From: the human T2T-CHM13v2.0 reference genome, Homo sapiens
Assembly: GCF_009914755.1 (NCBI RefSeq)
Contig: NC_060925.1
Reading direction: 5' to 3' (one strand)
Length of the DNA stretch: 64,000 bases
How positions within the stretch are numbered: the first letter of the stretch is position 1; the number at the start of each line of letters is the position of its first letter. A program made the position numbers and the translations under genes. The notes below the pieces were generated by a model. It saw only the letters and a program-made list of their open reading frames with translations, did not search any database and had not been told where the DNA came from. Shown here one piece after another: positions 19,857 to 36,849 of this stretch.

Positions 19857-20087
19857 TTTTTTTTTTTTTAATATATTATACTTTTAAGTTATAGGGTACA
19901 TGTGCACAACGTGCAGGTTTGTTACATAGGTATACATGTGCCATGTTGGTTTGCTGCACCCGTCAACTCGTCATTTACATTAGGTATTTCTCCTAATGCT
20001 ATCGCTCCCCCAGCCCCCCACCCCTGACAGGCCCCGGTGTGTGATGTTCCCACCCTGTGTCCAAGTGTTCTCATTGTTCAATTCCCA
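19857..20087 (-). mobile_element. 5'-truncated L1PA 3' end (L1PA6/7-like)
   Basis: Reverse-complement L1 3' UTR; perfect 17-bp TSD ggcataggtgggttttc at 19840-19856 and 20088-20104. Confidence 0.92.
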
Positions 20088-20407
20088 GGCATAGGTGGGT
20101 TTTCAGTGTCATCTAGATCTTTTGGGATGCTGCCTGCAGCATAGGTAAAAGGAAGACCACGTGGCCTGTCAAGTCATAACAAGCACAGGGCAGGACTCTG
20201 GGAGGCAGCATGGCATCGTGGCAAAGGGTGCCAGGCTCTGGCGTTCACTCTCTGAGATGACTTTGAGAAAGTACATAACCCCTCTGGGCCTCTGTTTCCT
20301 CATCTGTAAAACTGGGATAGTAATACTCCCTTCCTTGTAAGTGTTTATAAGAACTGAATATAGAACAATGCCTCGCACATGGTAAGACCTCAATAATATT
20401 AGCTGGG

Positions 20408-20737
20408 TTTTTTTGTTTGTTTTGTTTTGTTTTGTATTTCTTGAGACGGAGTCTCACACTGTTGCCTGGGCTGGAGTGCAATGGCGCGATCATGGCACAT
20501 GCAACCTCCGCCTCCCGGGTTCAAGCGATTCTTCTTGCCTCAGCCTCCCAAGTAGTTGGGATTACAGCTACTGTAAGCCTGCCACCATGCCCGGCTAATT
20601 TTTTTTTTTTTGTATTTTTAGTAGAGGAGGGGTTTCACCATGTTGGCCAGGCTGGTCTCGAACTCCTGACCTTGTGATCCGCCCGCCTCAGCCTCCCAAA
20701 GTGTTGGGATTAAAGGCATAAGCCACCGCACCCGGCC
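20408..20737 (-). mobile_element. Alu inserted in a MIR
   Basis: Antisense Alu; TSD caataat(a/g)ttagctg. Confidence 0.88.
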
Positions 20738-21693
20738 AATAATGTTAGCTGTTGTTACTATTTTTCTTTAAGCCATGAAGCAGTGTAAGTAGAGATGCAG
20801 CCACCAGGCAGGAGGCAAAGAGCTTTGTGCCTCCCTTGTAGCTTCCTGCCTTTCATGTGGGTCTTGAGGCTACATTTTGGACACAACAGGGAGGGAGGGG
20901 GATTACTATTCCAAAGATATCGATCCACTTCTCAACGAACATTTACAAGTTTAACTGTACCTCCAAATTTGTGGGTATCTTTTTGAAGACCCTCTTGGGG
21001 CCTCTGAGATGACAAAACCAGTCTGATTCCTGCTGAAGCCTTCTTAGTTGCCAAGATCAAGTGCAAGTTCTTAAGCTATTTTCTCTCAGCTCCAAACCTA
21101 TTGGTGGCTTTGGAACAAACCTATTGCTGGAGCTATTTTCTCTCAGCTCCAAACCTATTGCTGGAGCTGGAACTCTCCAAACCATCTCTCTGCTTTACCA
21201 GCTGCTCCCTGTGAGGGGCCTGTGAGGGCAACTGAGGCTGGAGGAGGAAGAAAGGACTTGCTCTTTCTTATCTACTTCCTGTTCCTACACACATCACCCC
21301 AGGAACACAACTTTACTCTAGCGTAGCAGCAGCTGAATCTAGTTTTGCGATTCTTTCCAATTCTTGCACGACCAGCTTCACAGAACCTCCCCCAACCCAA
21401 GACAACAGCTCTCCTTCCTCAGAGGTCTATGTCCCAGGTCCACAGGGCCCCCTCCTCTTACTTTTCTTTTTAAAAAACTGTTTTCTATATATAATTCGCA
21501 TACTATACAATTTATTCACTTAAAGTGTGCAATCCAGTGGTTTTAGTATATCACAAATATATGCATCACCACAGCTAATTTTAGAATATGTTCATCAATT
21601 CAAAAGAATACAGGAAAATAAAATAACGAGTGTTGGAGACGATGTACAGAAGCTGGGAACTCTTCTGCACCACTGGTGGGAATCAAAATGATG

Positions 21694-22097
21694 CCAAGGC
21701 GGGTGGATCACGAGGTCAGGAGTTCGATACCAGCCTGACCGACATGGTAAAACCCCATCTCTACTAAAAATACAAAAATTAGCCGGGCGTGCTGGCATGC
21801 ACCTGTAATCCCACTTACTCAGGAGGCTGAGGCAGGAGAATCGCTTGAACTCGGGAGGCGGAGGTTGCAGCGCCACTGCACTCCAGCCTGGGTGACAGAG
21901 CAGGACTCCATCTCGAAAGAAAGAAAGAAAGAAAAAAAGAGGGCGGGGGAGGGAGGGAGGGAAGGAAGGAAGGGGAAAGGAAAGGAAGGAAAGGAAGGAA
22001 GAAAGGAAGGGAAGGAAAGGAAAGAAGGAAAGGAAGGAAGAAAGGAAGGGAAGGAAGGGAAGGAAGGGAAAGAAAGGAAAGAAAGGAAGAAAGAAAA
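21694..22097 (+). repeat. 5'-truncated Alu whose tail has expanded into a ~180-bp GGAA/GAAA purine tract
   Basis: Alu body ends at ~21916 and a nearly pure A/G tract runs to ~22097; TSD aaaatgatgc. Confidence 0.85.
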
Positions 22098-22150
22098 TGA
22101 TGCAACCACTGTGGAAAACAGTATGGTGGTTTCTTTAAAAATTAAAAATA

Positions 22151-22448
22151 GGCCGGGCGCAGTGGCTCACGCTTTTAATCCTAGCACTTTGGGAGGCCAA
22201 GGTGGGCAGATCACTTGAGGTCAGGAGTTCAAGACCAGCCTGGCCAACATGTGAAACCCCAGCTCTACTAAAAATACAAAAATTAGCTGGGTGTGGTGGC
22301 ATATGCCTGTAATCCCAGCTACCCGGGAGGCTGAGGCACAAGAATGCTTGAACCTGGGAGGTGGAGGCTGCAGTGAGCCAAGATGTGCCACTGCACTCCC
22401 ACCTGGGCAACAGAGCGAGACTCCATCTCAAAAATAATAAATAAATAA
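22151..22448 (+). mobile_element. AluS-like SINE inside an old L1M fragment
   Basis: Alu consensus flanked by L1 3'-region sequence. Confidence 0.85.
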
Positions 22449-22543
22449 GTGCAAGTCCAAAAAACATTTAAAAATAGAATTATCACATGATCCAGCAATT
22501 CTTCTTCTGAGTTATTTATACACACAAAAAAAGTGAAAGCAGG

Positions 22544-22910
22544 CATATTAGTCTGTTCTCATGCTGCTAATAAAGACATACCTGAGACTGGGTAATTTAT
22601 AAAGTAAAGAGGTTTAATTGACTCACAGTTCCACATGGCTGGGGAGGCCTCACAGTCATGGCAGAAAGCAAATGAGAAGCAAAGTCACATTTTACATAGT
22701 GGCAGGCAAGAGAGCGCTTGTGCGGGGGAATTCCCATTTATAAAACCATCAGATCTTGTGAGACTTATTCATTACCAAGAGAACAGCATGGGAAAGAACC
22801 GCACCGGTGATTCAATTACCTCTCACTGCGTCCCTCCCATGACACGTGGGAATTATGGGAGCTACAGTTCAAGATGAGATCTGCGTGGGGGTCACAGCCA
22901 AACCATATCA
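22544..22910 (-). mobile_element. THE1 (ERVL-MaLR) solo LTR
   Basis: Termini tattagtctgttctcatgctgctaataaagacatacctgagactgggtaatttat...cacagccaaaccatatca; near 5-bp TSD gcagg/gcatg. Confidence 0.9.
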
Positions 22911-23067
22911 GCATGGTCTCAGACAGGTATTTGTACACCCACATTTGCAGCAGCATTATTCATGATTGCCAAAGTATGGAAGCAAGCTAAGTGCCTATCA
23001 GTTGATAAAGGGAATGTGGTCTCTTCACATAATGGAATATCATTCAGCCCTAAAAATGAAGGAAATT

Positions 23068-23435
<368 letters not shown>

Positions 23436-24217
23436 TCAAGAGGACAAATATTATGTGACTCCTCTTATATGAGGTACCTAGAGGATCAAATTTATAGAGA
23501 CAGAAAGTAGAATGGCAGCTACCAGGGGCTGGGGGAGAGGGGAGAGGGAACTGCGAAGTCAATGGGTCCAGGGTTTCATGGGTACAGAGTTTCAGGTTTG
23601 CAAGATGAAAAGTGTTCTGGAGATGGATGGAGTTTGAGGTTGCAGTGAGCTGTGATGGCACCACTGCACTGCAGCCTGGGAAACAGAGTGAAACCTCCTC
23701 TCAAAGAAGAAAAAAATTGTTACCTAGTCATAAAGTATTACCTGGGTAACTGAACAGGTAAACGCTCTAAAAAACCATGGAGGCAGCAACTATAGAGAGC
23801 TATGTCCATTCCTAAGACCAAGGGAACCAAGGAAGAGGCTCTAATTATTACATCAGTGAAAATCTACTTAATACCACTGAATTGTATGCTTAAAAATAGT
23901 GAAAAGAGTAAATTTGATGTTAGGTGTATTTTACCACAATTAAAAAAGAAACCCTATACTCTTTGTCACTTCCTGGTACCCTTTAACTCCTAGCCCCTGG
24001 CAAGCACCAATCTACCTTCTGTCTTTATAGAGTTCCCTATTCTGGATTTTCCTAGGAATGAAATAATATATGGGCTTTGGTGATTGACTTTTTTGACTTA
24101 GCATAATACTTTCAAGGTTCATCCAAGTTGTAGCACAGGTACTTCCTTTTCATGTCTGAATCACCTCTTCTAAAGTTTAATCATTACAACCTCTTCCTTT
24201 GGTTCCCTTGGTCCTAG

Positions 24218-25448
24218 TGAGAGGTGACAATGTGTTAGCAGCCCTCGCTGGCTCTCAGTGCCTCCCTGGCCTCGGCGTTCACTCTGGCCACGCTTGAGGA
24301 GCCCTTCAGCCCATCGCTGCACTGTGGGAGCCCCTCTCTGGGCTGGCCGAGGTGGGAGCTGGCTCCCTCTGCTTGCCAGGAGGTGTGGAGGGAGAAGCAC
24401 GGGCAGGAGTCAGGGCTGTGCGCGGCGCTCGCAGGCGCTCGCACTCAGAGCAGCTGGCCCGAGGCAATGAGGGACTTGGCACCCGGGCCAGCAGCTGTGG
24501 AGGGTGCACCGGGTCCCCCAGCAGTGCCGACCCACCCACCCCGCACTCAAATTCTCACAGGGCCTCAGCCACCTCTCCACAGGGCAGAGCTAGGGACCTG
24601 CAGCCCGCCATGCCTGAACCCCTCTCCCCCTGTGGGCTTCCACACTGCCCAAACCTCCCCGACGGGCACCGCCCCCTGCTCCGCCGTGCCCCGTCCCATC
24701 AACCACCCAAGGGCTGAGGAGTGCAGGCGCGCATCGGCAGGACTGGCGAACAGCTCTGGCACGGGATCCACTAGGCGAAGCCAGCTGGGCTCCTGAGTTG
24801 GGTGGGGGCTTGCAGAACTGTTATGACTAGCTGGAGGATTGTATATGCACCAATCAGCACTCTGTCTAGCTTGGGGTTTGTGGATGCACCAATCAGCACT
24901 CTGTGTCTAGCTCAGGGATTGTAAATGCACCAATCAGCACGCTGTCAAAACTGACCAATCAGCTCTCTGTAAAACGGACCAATCAGCTCTCTGTAAAATG
25001 AACCAATCAGCAGGATGTGGGTGGGGCCAAATAAGGGAATAAAAGCAGACTGCCCAAAGGGACAGTGGCAATCAGATTGGGTCTGGTTACTGATTGTGGA
25101 GCCTTTGTTGTTTGGCTGTTCTTGTTACTGCTCACTGTTTGGGTTGGCAGTGACCTTGTGAGCTGTAACACTCACCACGAAGGTTTGTAGCTTCACTTTT
25201 GAAGCCAGTGAGTCCACGAACCCACCTGAAGGAATGAAGAACTCTGGACGTGCTGTTTTTATGAGCTGAAGCCTCATGGTGAAGGTCTGCAGCTTCACTC
25301 TTGAAGTCAGTGAGACCGTGAACCCACCAGAAGGAAAAAACTCCGGTCGTACCATCTTTAAGAACTGTAACACCACGAGGGTCTGCGGCTTCATTCCTGA
25401 AGTCATGTTGAAGTCAGCGAGACCAAGAACCCACCAATTCTGGACACA
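24218..25448 (+). mobile_element. LTR12 (ERV9/HERV9) solo LTR, 1231 bp
   Basis: Starts tgagaggtgaca and ends aagaacccaccaattctggacaca. Perfect 4-bp TSD CTAG at 24214-24217 and 25449-25452. Tandem CCAAT subrepeats. Confidence 0.95.
24848..25045 (+). promoter_or_regulatory. LTR12 U3 enhancer/promoter: six CCAAT (NF-Y) boxes and the AATAAAA TATA-like box
   Basis: CCAAT at 24850, 24889, 24930, 24955, 24979 and 25003; AATAAAA at 25038-25044. Confidence 0.75.
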
Positions 25449-25550
25449 CTAGGAATGGACATAGCTCTCTAAAGTTGCTACCACCATGATTCTTTCGAGT
25501 TTTACCTGTTCAGTTACTCTGGTAATAGCTTTATGTCTAAGTAACAAATT

Positions 25551-25846
25551 CTTTTTTCTTGTTTGAGAGGAGATCTCACTCTGTTGCCCAGGCTGCAGTG
25601 CAGTGGTACGATCACAGCTCATTGCAACCTTGAACTCCTGGGTGTACGGAATCTTCATACCTCAGCCTTCTGAATGGCCAGGACTACCCATACACGCCAC
25701 CACACCTGGCTAATTAAAATTTTTTTTTCGCAGAGATGGGGTGTCTGTTGCCAAGGCTGGTCTCGAACTCCTGGCCTTGAGGGATAGTCTCTTGCCTGGG
25801 CCTCCCAAAATTCTAGGATTACAGGCACAAGCCACTGCTCCTGGCC
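25551..25846 (-). mobile_element. AluJ-like SINE inserted in an ancient LTR fragment
   Basis: Antisense Alu; TSD aaca(a)attcttt. The flank at 25847-25923 resembles the reverse complement of 12941-13020, i.e. the same old LTR family. Confidence 0.8.
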
Positions 25847-26857
25847 AACAATTCTTTATATTAAATTCTTTCTGTTTAACTCACTAATGTGATTTCTGTC
25901 TCTTCACTAAACCCTGATGGACACTTGAGAAAACTCAGACTCATTTGAATCGGTGGGCTGCTCAAGCCGCTGCCCATTTTTAATGTTCCATTTTCTCCTT
26001 TGCTCTCTGCCTGCCCCTTCTTCCTTCTGATTATGGCCATCTAGCTCTTATTTTTCACCATCTGCAGCTGAAGTTAATCAGGAAATAATATCTCCTCCCC
26101 CCAAATTCCAGGATTGCAACGTTTAAAGAGCAGCTCCTTCCAGTGTGGACCCGTAAGTACTGATGCCCTCGAAGATAACGGATCTGTAGTTAATTCAGCA
26201 GCTTCCGAATCTTTGGGCAAATGGGATTGAGTCTTTCTAATTTAGAGCAACACTGCAAGATGAAATCTCACCCAGCATCCAGGCTTGCAAACATGCTGAA
26301 GACATATTTCCATGCCCGATCTTCAAAATTATGCAAGAGTGTCTTTTTTTTTTTTTAAGACATGTTTCTTTTTAATGAAAATGCAATAGTTACTGATTGC
26401 CAACCTTGTTATTGAAAGTTTATACTTTTCTAGGTGCTGTCACAAACGGTTCATTTGAGCCCCCAAACCATCTTAGAAGGGCAGTACCACTTATTTCCAC
26501 TGAGCTGAAGAGAGCCAGGCTTAAAGAATGTGAGGTTTGCTCGATGTTAAACAGCCACTTGTAGTTAGTAGCGCGAGCAGGATGGGAGCCCGAGTGTTCT
26601 GAAGATGTGAAGACTTTCAAGGAAAATGCCTGCAGCTTTGGTGAGATTGTGGAAAGGGGGCAGAGTCGAGGCGGGGGCGGGGGCTGGGAGGAGGCAGGTA
26701 GAAATTGATACAACCTTTCTGAAAAGTATTTGGAAATATGTGTACCAACATTCCCTTCCAGATAATAAAACCATTTCTATTAACAGCTAGATCAATGCAA
26801 CAGAATAAATCATCCGGAAATACATATGTAGTATGTTCTTATATATTCAATCTTCAA

Positions 26858-27009
26858 TTTTCTTTTTTTAAATTTTTTATTGAGATAGGGTCTCACTCTG
26901 TCACCCAGGCTGGAGCTCAGTGGCTCACTGCAAGCTTCACCTCCCCAGTGATCCTCCCACCTCAGCCTCCTAAGAGCTGGGACCACAGGCACATGCTACC
27001 ATGCCTGAC

Positions 27010-27054
<45 letters not shown>

Positions 27055-27180
27055 TTTAGTAGACATGGGGTTTCAGCAAGTTACCCAAGCTGGTCTCAAA
27101 CTCCTGGACTCAAGCAATCTGCCTGCCTCAGCCTCCCAAAGTGCTGGGATTACAGGTGGGAGCCACCACGCCCTGCCCAG
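26858..27180 (-). mobile_element. Antisense Alu with an internal (TG)n microsatellite at ~27015-27052
   Basis: Alu consensus; the TG run replaces the middle A-rich linker. Confidence 0.85.
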
Positions 27181-27836
27181 GTCCCTAATTTTTGATAGTT
27201 CAACTTACAATTTTTCCATTTTGCAATGGTGTGAAAACATAACGCATTCAGTAGAAACTGTACTTTGAGTACCCACACAACTATTCTGCCTTCACTTTCA
27301 GTACCATCACCAATAAGTTACATGAGCTATCCAACACTTCATAAAATAGACTTTGTGTTAGATGATTTTGCCCAACTGTAGGCTAACGTAAGTGCTCTGA
27401 GCATGCTTCGGGTAGGCTATGATGTTTACTAGGTTACGTATATGGTATTAAATACATTTATGGGCTGGGCAAGGTGGCTCACACCTGCAATCCCAGCACT
27501 TTAGGAGGCCGAGGCGGGTGAATCACTTGAGGTCAGAAGTTCAAGGCCAGCGTGGCCAACATGGTGAAACCTCGTCTCTACTAAAAATACAAAAATTAGC
27601 CTGGTGTGGTGGTATGTGCCTGTAGTCCCAGCTACTCGGGAGGCTGAGACAGGAGAGTCACTTAACCCAGGAGGCAGAGGTTGCACTAAGCCGAGGTCAC
27701 ACCCCTGCACTCCAGCCTGGGTAAAAGAGCGAGACTGCATCTCTAAATAAATAAATACACTTATGACTTAACGATATTTTCAACTTACAATGGATTTATC
27801 AGAACATAACCCATCATAAGTCAAGGAGCATCTATA
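27181..27836. mobile_element. MER47B-like (TcMar-Tigger) element interrupted by an Alu (~27463-27757)
   Basis: Motifs gcattcagtagaaactgtactttgag...gatattttcaacttacaatgg...aagtcaaggagcatct. Confidence 0.7.
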
Positions 27837-28054
27837 GTAAATTGTATATATATGAAGCAGTGGGTTCTTTAATTATTAATGTTAGAACCACTGGAAATAG
27901 TATTTAAGTTTGAGGCTTACCTTGACTTACATGGTGTTACATCTTGATAAACCCTGTCTCCAAAAAAAGAAAGGTCATGATTAATCAGACTTCAGCAAGC
28001 TAAGAGATCATAAAGTACAAGATGAATACACTGTATACAAATAATTGTTTTCTG

Positions 28055-28616
28055 AGGATCTCACCCTGTCACCCAGGCTGGAGTGCAGCAGTGTGATCAC
28101 AGCTCACTGCAGCTTCAACCTTCCTGGGCTCAAGTGATCCTCCTACCTCAGCCTCTTGAGTAGCTGGGACCACAGGTGCCTGCCACTATGCCCAGGCTAA
28201 TTTTTTTTTTTTTGGTAAAGATTGAGGGGTTGCCATGTTGCCCAGGGTGGTCTTGAACCCCTGGGCTCAAGTGATTCTCCCTCCTGGACCTCCCAAAGTG
28301 GTAGGATTATATGGGTTTTTTGTTTGTTTTGAGACAAGGTCTCAAAACACTGTCACCCAGGCTGGAGTACAGTGGTGCAATCATGGCTCACTGCAGCCTT
28401 GACCTCCTGGGCTCAAGCGATGCTCCCACCTCAGCCTCCTGAGTAGCTGGGAGCAAAGGTGTGTGCCATCACACCCAGCCAATTTTTTTATTTTTTGTAG
28501 CGACAAGATTTCACTGTGTTTACCCAGGCTGATCTCCAACTCCTGGACCCAAGCAGTCCTCTTGCCTCGGCCTCCCAAATTGTTGGGATTACAGGCATGA
28601 GCCACCACGCCTGGCC
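28055..28616 (-). mobile_element. Two adjacent antisense AluJ-like elements
   Basis: Reverse-complement Alu consensus occurs twice. Confidence 0.82.
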
Positions 28617-29294
28617 AAATAAAATTTTTAAAACATCTTTATATCAAAAAGAATTTTCGAAAGGGAAATTATGAAGAGAAAATTTTCAACAAATGTAATC
28701 ACAGGGTTACTATCCACAGTGTATAAGATGTTTTTATAAACAAACGATGCTAATAGCTCAGTGGAAGAATGCACAGAGAACTTGGGCAGATCTCAAATGA
28801 AGCATTTGTGAAAAATCAAGATGTCATGTTTGGGGAGGTTTTTGTTTTTGTTTTTTGCCTATCAATCAGGAAAGGCATTTATAATTAAATAGAGTAACAA
28901 CCTTTTTGAAATGCATTTTGTCATTTTCCAGTAAGAGTTTTTTTAAATGTTCATGCCCCTTGCCTAGTAACTGCTTCTGGGAATCTATGCTGAGGAAATA
29001 ATCATAAATGCAACAGCATATTTTACATATAAAGGTATTCATCGTATGGTTAATTATGTAAGAGAAAATTGGAATGAAACTTTGATTACAACAATAAGGA
29101 AATAATTAGATAAATAACACAATGCAATATTATGTAGTCATTAAAAATTAAATAGTATTTTAAAGCACAAGATAATGTTTGCAATATGTTAAGTGAAATA
29201 GGTAAGAGATCCAAATTGGCTGATTCTAATGGTATACTAATCTTACCCAAAAAATTGGAGAGAAACACTGTATACTAAAATATTGAATAGTGAC

Positions 29295-30054
<760 letters not shown>

Positions 30055-31007
30055 TGACTATCTCTGGATCCTGGGATTGTACGTGATTTGAATTTTTTAA
30101 TTTATCTTTTTGTTTTCAAATGTTCTATAAAAGCCAAGTCCAATTTTTATGAGAAAATTTTAAATATCAAAAATCGACATGACTCATCTCCCAACCAATG
30201 TTGGATGTGGGGCTGATAAGTTTCACTCCTCCAGCAAACTATTGGATCGTGTTGCAACTCTCTTCTTGGGGGAATGGCTGACTTGCCAGGAATGGGAGAC
30301 AAATGAGGGTGTTACCAGGGAGGCAGGTTAATTTAAGGCTCTTCAGGAAAAGGTACCATCTGTGATGCAAATCCCATAGGAGATCTAGAGTGTGGTAGAA
30401 CATGAATTAAAATATCCAGCACACCCAGATGCATATTAATGAGTCTGAGATAGAGATCGATCGATATGCAGTGATTTCTCTCCTCATCAGAAGCAGCTCC
30501 GTTTCCTCTCAACCTTTCACTCTGCTACATTTATTGTGCACTTACCACCTACCAGAACCAGATGTTGTTACAGGAGCTGGGAATACATCCATGAACAGAC
30601 TAATCCCTGCCCCCATGGAACTGATATTCTACTTGGGACTTAGGCATTAAACCAGTAATTGCATAATTATTTTATTAATTACAATTGTGATAGATGCTTT
30701 GTAGAAGTACTACAGGGAGCCATGGAATCATTTACAGTGAATATCAGTTGGGATTGTGTTTGGCTGCAACAGACACCTAACAAGATCCAAGAATATTTCT
30801 TTACCATATGAAGGCAGTATAGATGGAGGAACCCAGGGCTGGTATGGCAGTTCTGGTGTCACAGGGGATACAGGCTCCTCATCTTTTGGATTCACCATCC
30901 CAACATGTGGCTTCCATCTTCAAGGCTACCTCCTGGTCCAGAATGGCTGCCGGAGCTCCAGCCATCGTGTTCACATTGCAGGCTAGAAGAAAGAACAGCA
31001 AAAGGTT

Positions 31008-31322
31008 GGGCTGGGCGTGGTGGCTCACGCCTGTAATCCTAGCACTTTGGGAGCCTGAGATGGGCAGATCACAAGGTCAGGAGTTCGAGACCAGCCTGGC
31101 CAACATGGTGAAACCCTGTCTCTACTAAAAATACAAAAATTAGCCAGACATGGTGGCACATGCCTATAATCCTAGCTACTCAAGAGGCTGAGACAGGAAA
31201 ATTGCTTGAACCCAGGAGGCAGAGGTTGCAGTGAGCCTAGATTGTGCCACTGCACTCCAGCCTGGGCAACAGAGTGAGACTCCATCTCAAAAAAAAACAA
31301 AAAACAAAAAAAAAAAAACAAA
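31008..31322 (+). mobile_element. AluS-like SINE inside an MLT1 (MaLR) LTR relic (~30740-31380)
   Basis: Alu consensus; the flanking gaatggctgccggagctccagccatc is MLT1-like. Confidence 0.75.
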
Positions 31323-32269
31323 AGGGTACCTCTGCCAGCCAAGTCAGCCTCCCTCTGCTTATATCTCACTGGGCAAAAGTAAAATTTTCCTTGTAAACTG
31401 ATTATAAACCAGCTCATGTTTCCCGAGCATCTGCAATGTGTCTGGCACTTTACAAAACAACTTTGCAAGGCGGTATCATCAATTCTATTTAACTTTGGGA
31501 GGCTGAGGTTGGAGGGTCGCTTGAGCCCAGGAGTTTGAGACCATCCTGGGCAACAAAAGCGAGACCTTGCTTGTAAATTATAAAAATAATTTAAAAAATC
31601 CACTTAACAGATGAGAAAAGTAAGGCTTCACAGGTTTAAAGAACTTGCCCAAAAATCACACAGCCAGTCAGTGGTAGCGCTGACTTCCTGGAGCCCATAC
31701 TCTTTCCATTGTACTTTTCTGCCTTCCCATCAGCAACTGAAAACGAAGCAAGAAAGCTCCTCAGATTTGTCATAGACTATATTTAAAGAAAGGCCACATT
31801 TTTCTTATTTAAAATGCATTAAACAATGCAACCAATTAAAAGAACTGAGATGGATTTGTACAAAAGCAGGGACTAGGTCTGTTTTGTTCACTGCTATATT
31901 CCCAATGCCTAGAACCATGTCTGGCAAACATACTGGCATGGGAAGAACATTTCCATAACCCCTGAATGTTCTGTGCCCCTTTCCAATTAATCCCTACCCT
32001 CAGAAGCAACCACTATTCTCATGCTTATTACATTAGTTTTGCCTCTTCTTGACTTTCATATAAATGAAATCATACATCTATGCGTTTTGACTTCTTTTGC
32101 TCAACAATTGCTTTTGAGATTTATCCGTTGTTATGTGTATCAACATTTCATGATTTTTTTTTATTGCTGTGTAGTATTATATTGTTTGAATATACCATGG
32201 TTTTCTTATCCATTCCTCTTGTGGACATTTGGGATATTTACAGTTGGAGAATAGTATGATTAAATATTT

Positions 32270-36230
<3,961 letters not shown>

Positions 36231-36717
36231 CTTGTAGGTGGGAGATGAGCCCAGTTATTTTCCCTGCTGTGTGACCCTGCTTCCTTCTCTGCCGGCTAAG
36301 GGAAGAGACACCAGCTGCCTTCCAAGTTGGGCTCAGGAGCTTTGTCATCATAGTTGTTATTGGTGGTAATAATACCTGCCAATGTAAGCCTCGGTCCTAT
36401 CACTGAAACTCGCTCAACAGCTTAGACCCCGGCTCTTCCCTTTGCGTAATAGTTGTAATCATGTCCCATGGTCTCCTAAGGCGTCGGAGACAAGCAAGAC
36501 TGCGTGGAAGGGTTTTTACACGAAAAAGAAAGCATTAAACATGTGGATTGTATGACAACGGTAGATAGGGCATAGGGTGAAGAGGAGTAAGAGGAGGAGG
36601 GAGAGCGGGAGGAGGGAGAAGAGCACGAGTGGGGAGGAGAGGAGGGGAGGGGATGGGAGGGGAGGGGAAGGAGTGGGTAAGGGGAAGAGGGTTGTACCCG
36701 CCAGGGCGGGACCCAGC

Positions 36718-36849
36718 CTGTGCCGTCCCACACCTTGTGCTAGCTCCAGCTCAGCTACCTGCGGCCGCCTCTCCTCGGGCAATGAGGCGCCGGGAAGCCC
36801 ACAGCATCTGATAATATCCGGGCCGCCGGTTGCCGGGAGGTGAACCGAG
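36718..36849 (+). other. RCAN3: RCAN3 alternative non-coding first exon (upstream; start approximate)
   Basis: Donor GAG|gtaaac at 36849/36850 at the 5' edge of the CpG island. Confidence 0.55.

Noticed and set aside
24170-25406. GC-rich ORFs within the LTR12
   Set aside because: These are typical spurious frames in LTR12 U3/U5, and no gag/pol/env sequence is present (solo LTR).
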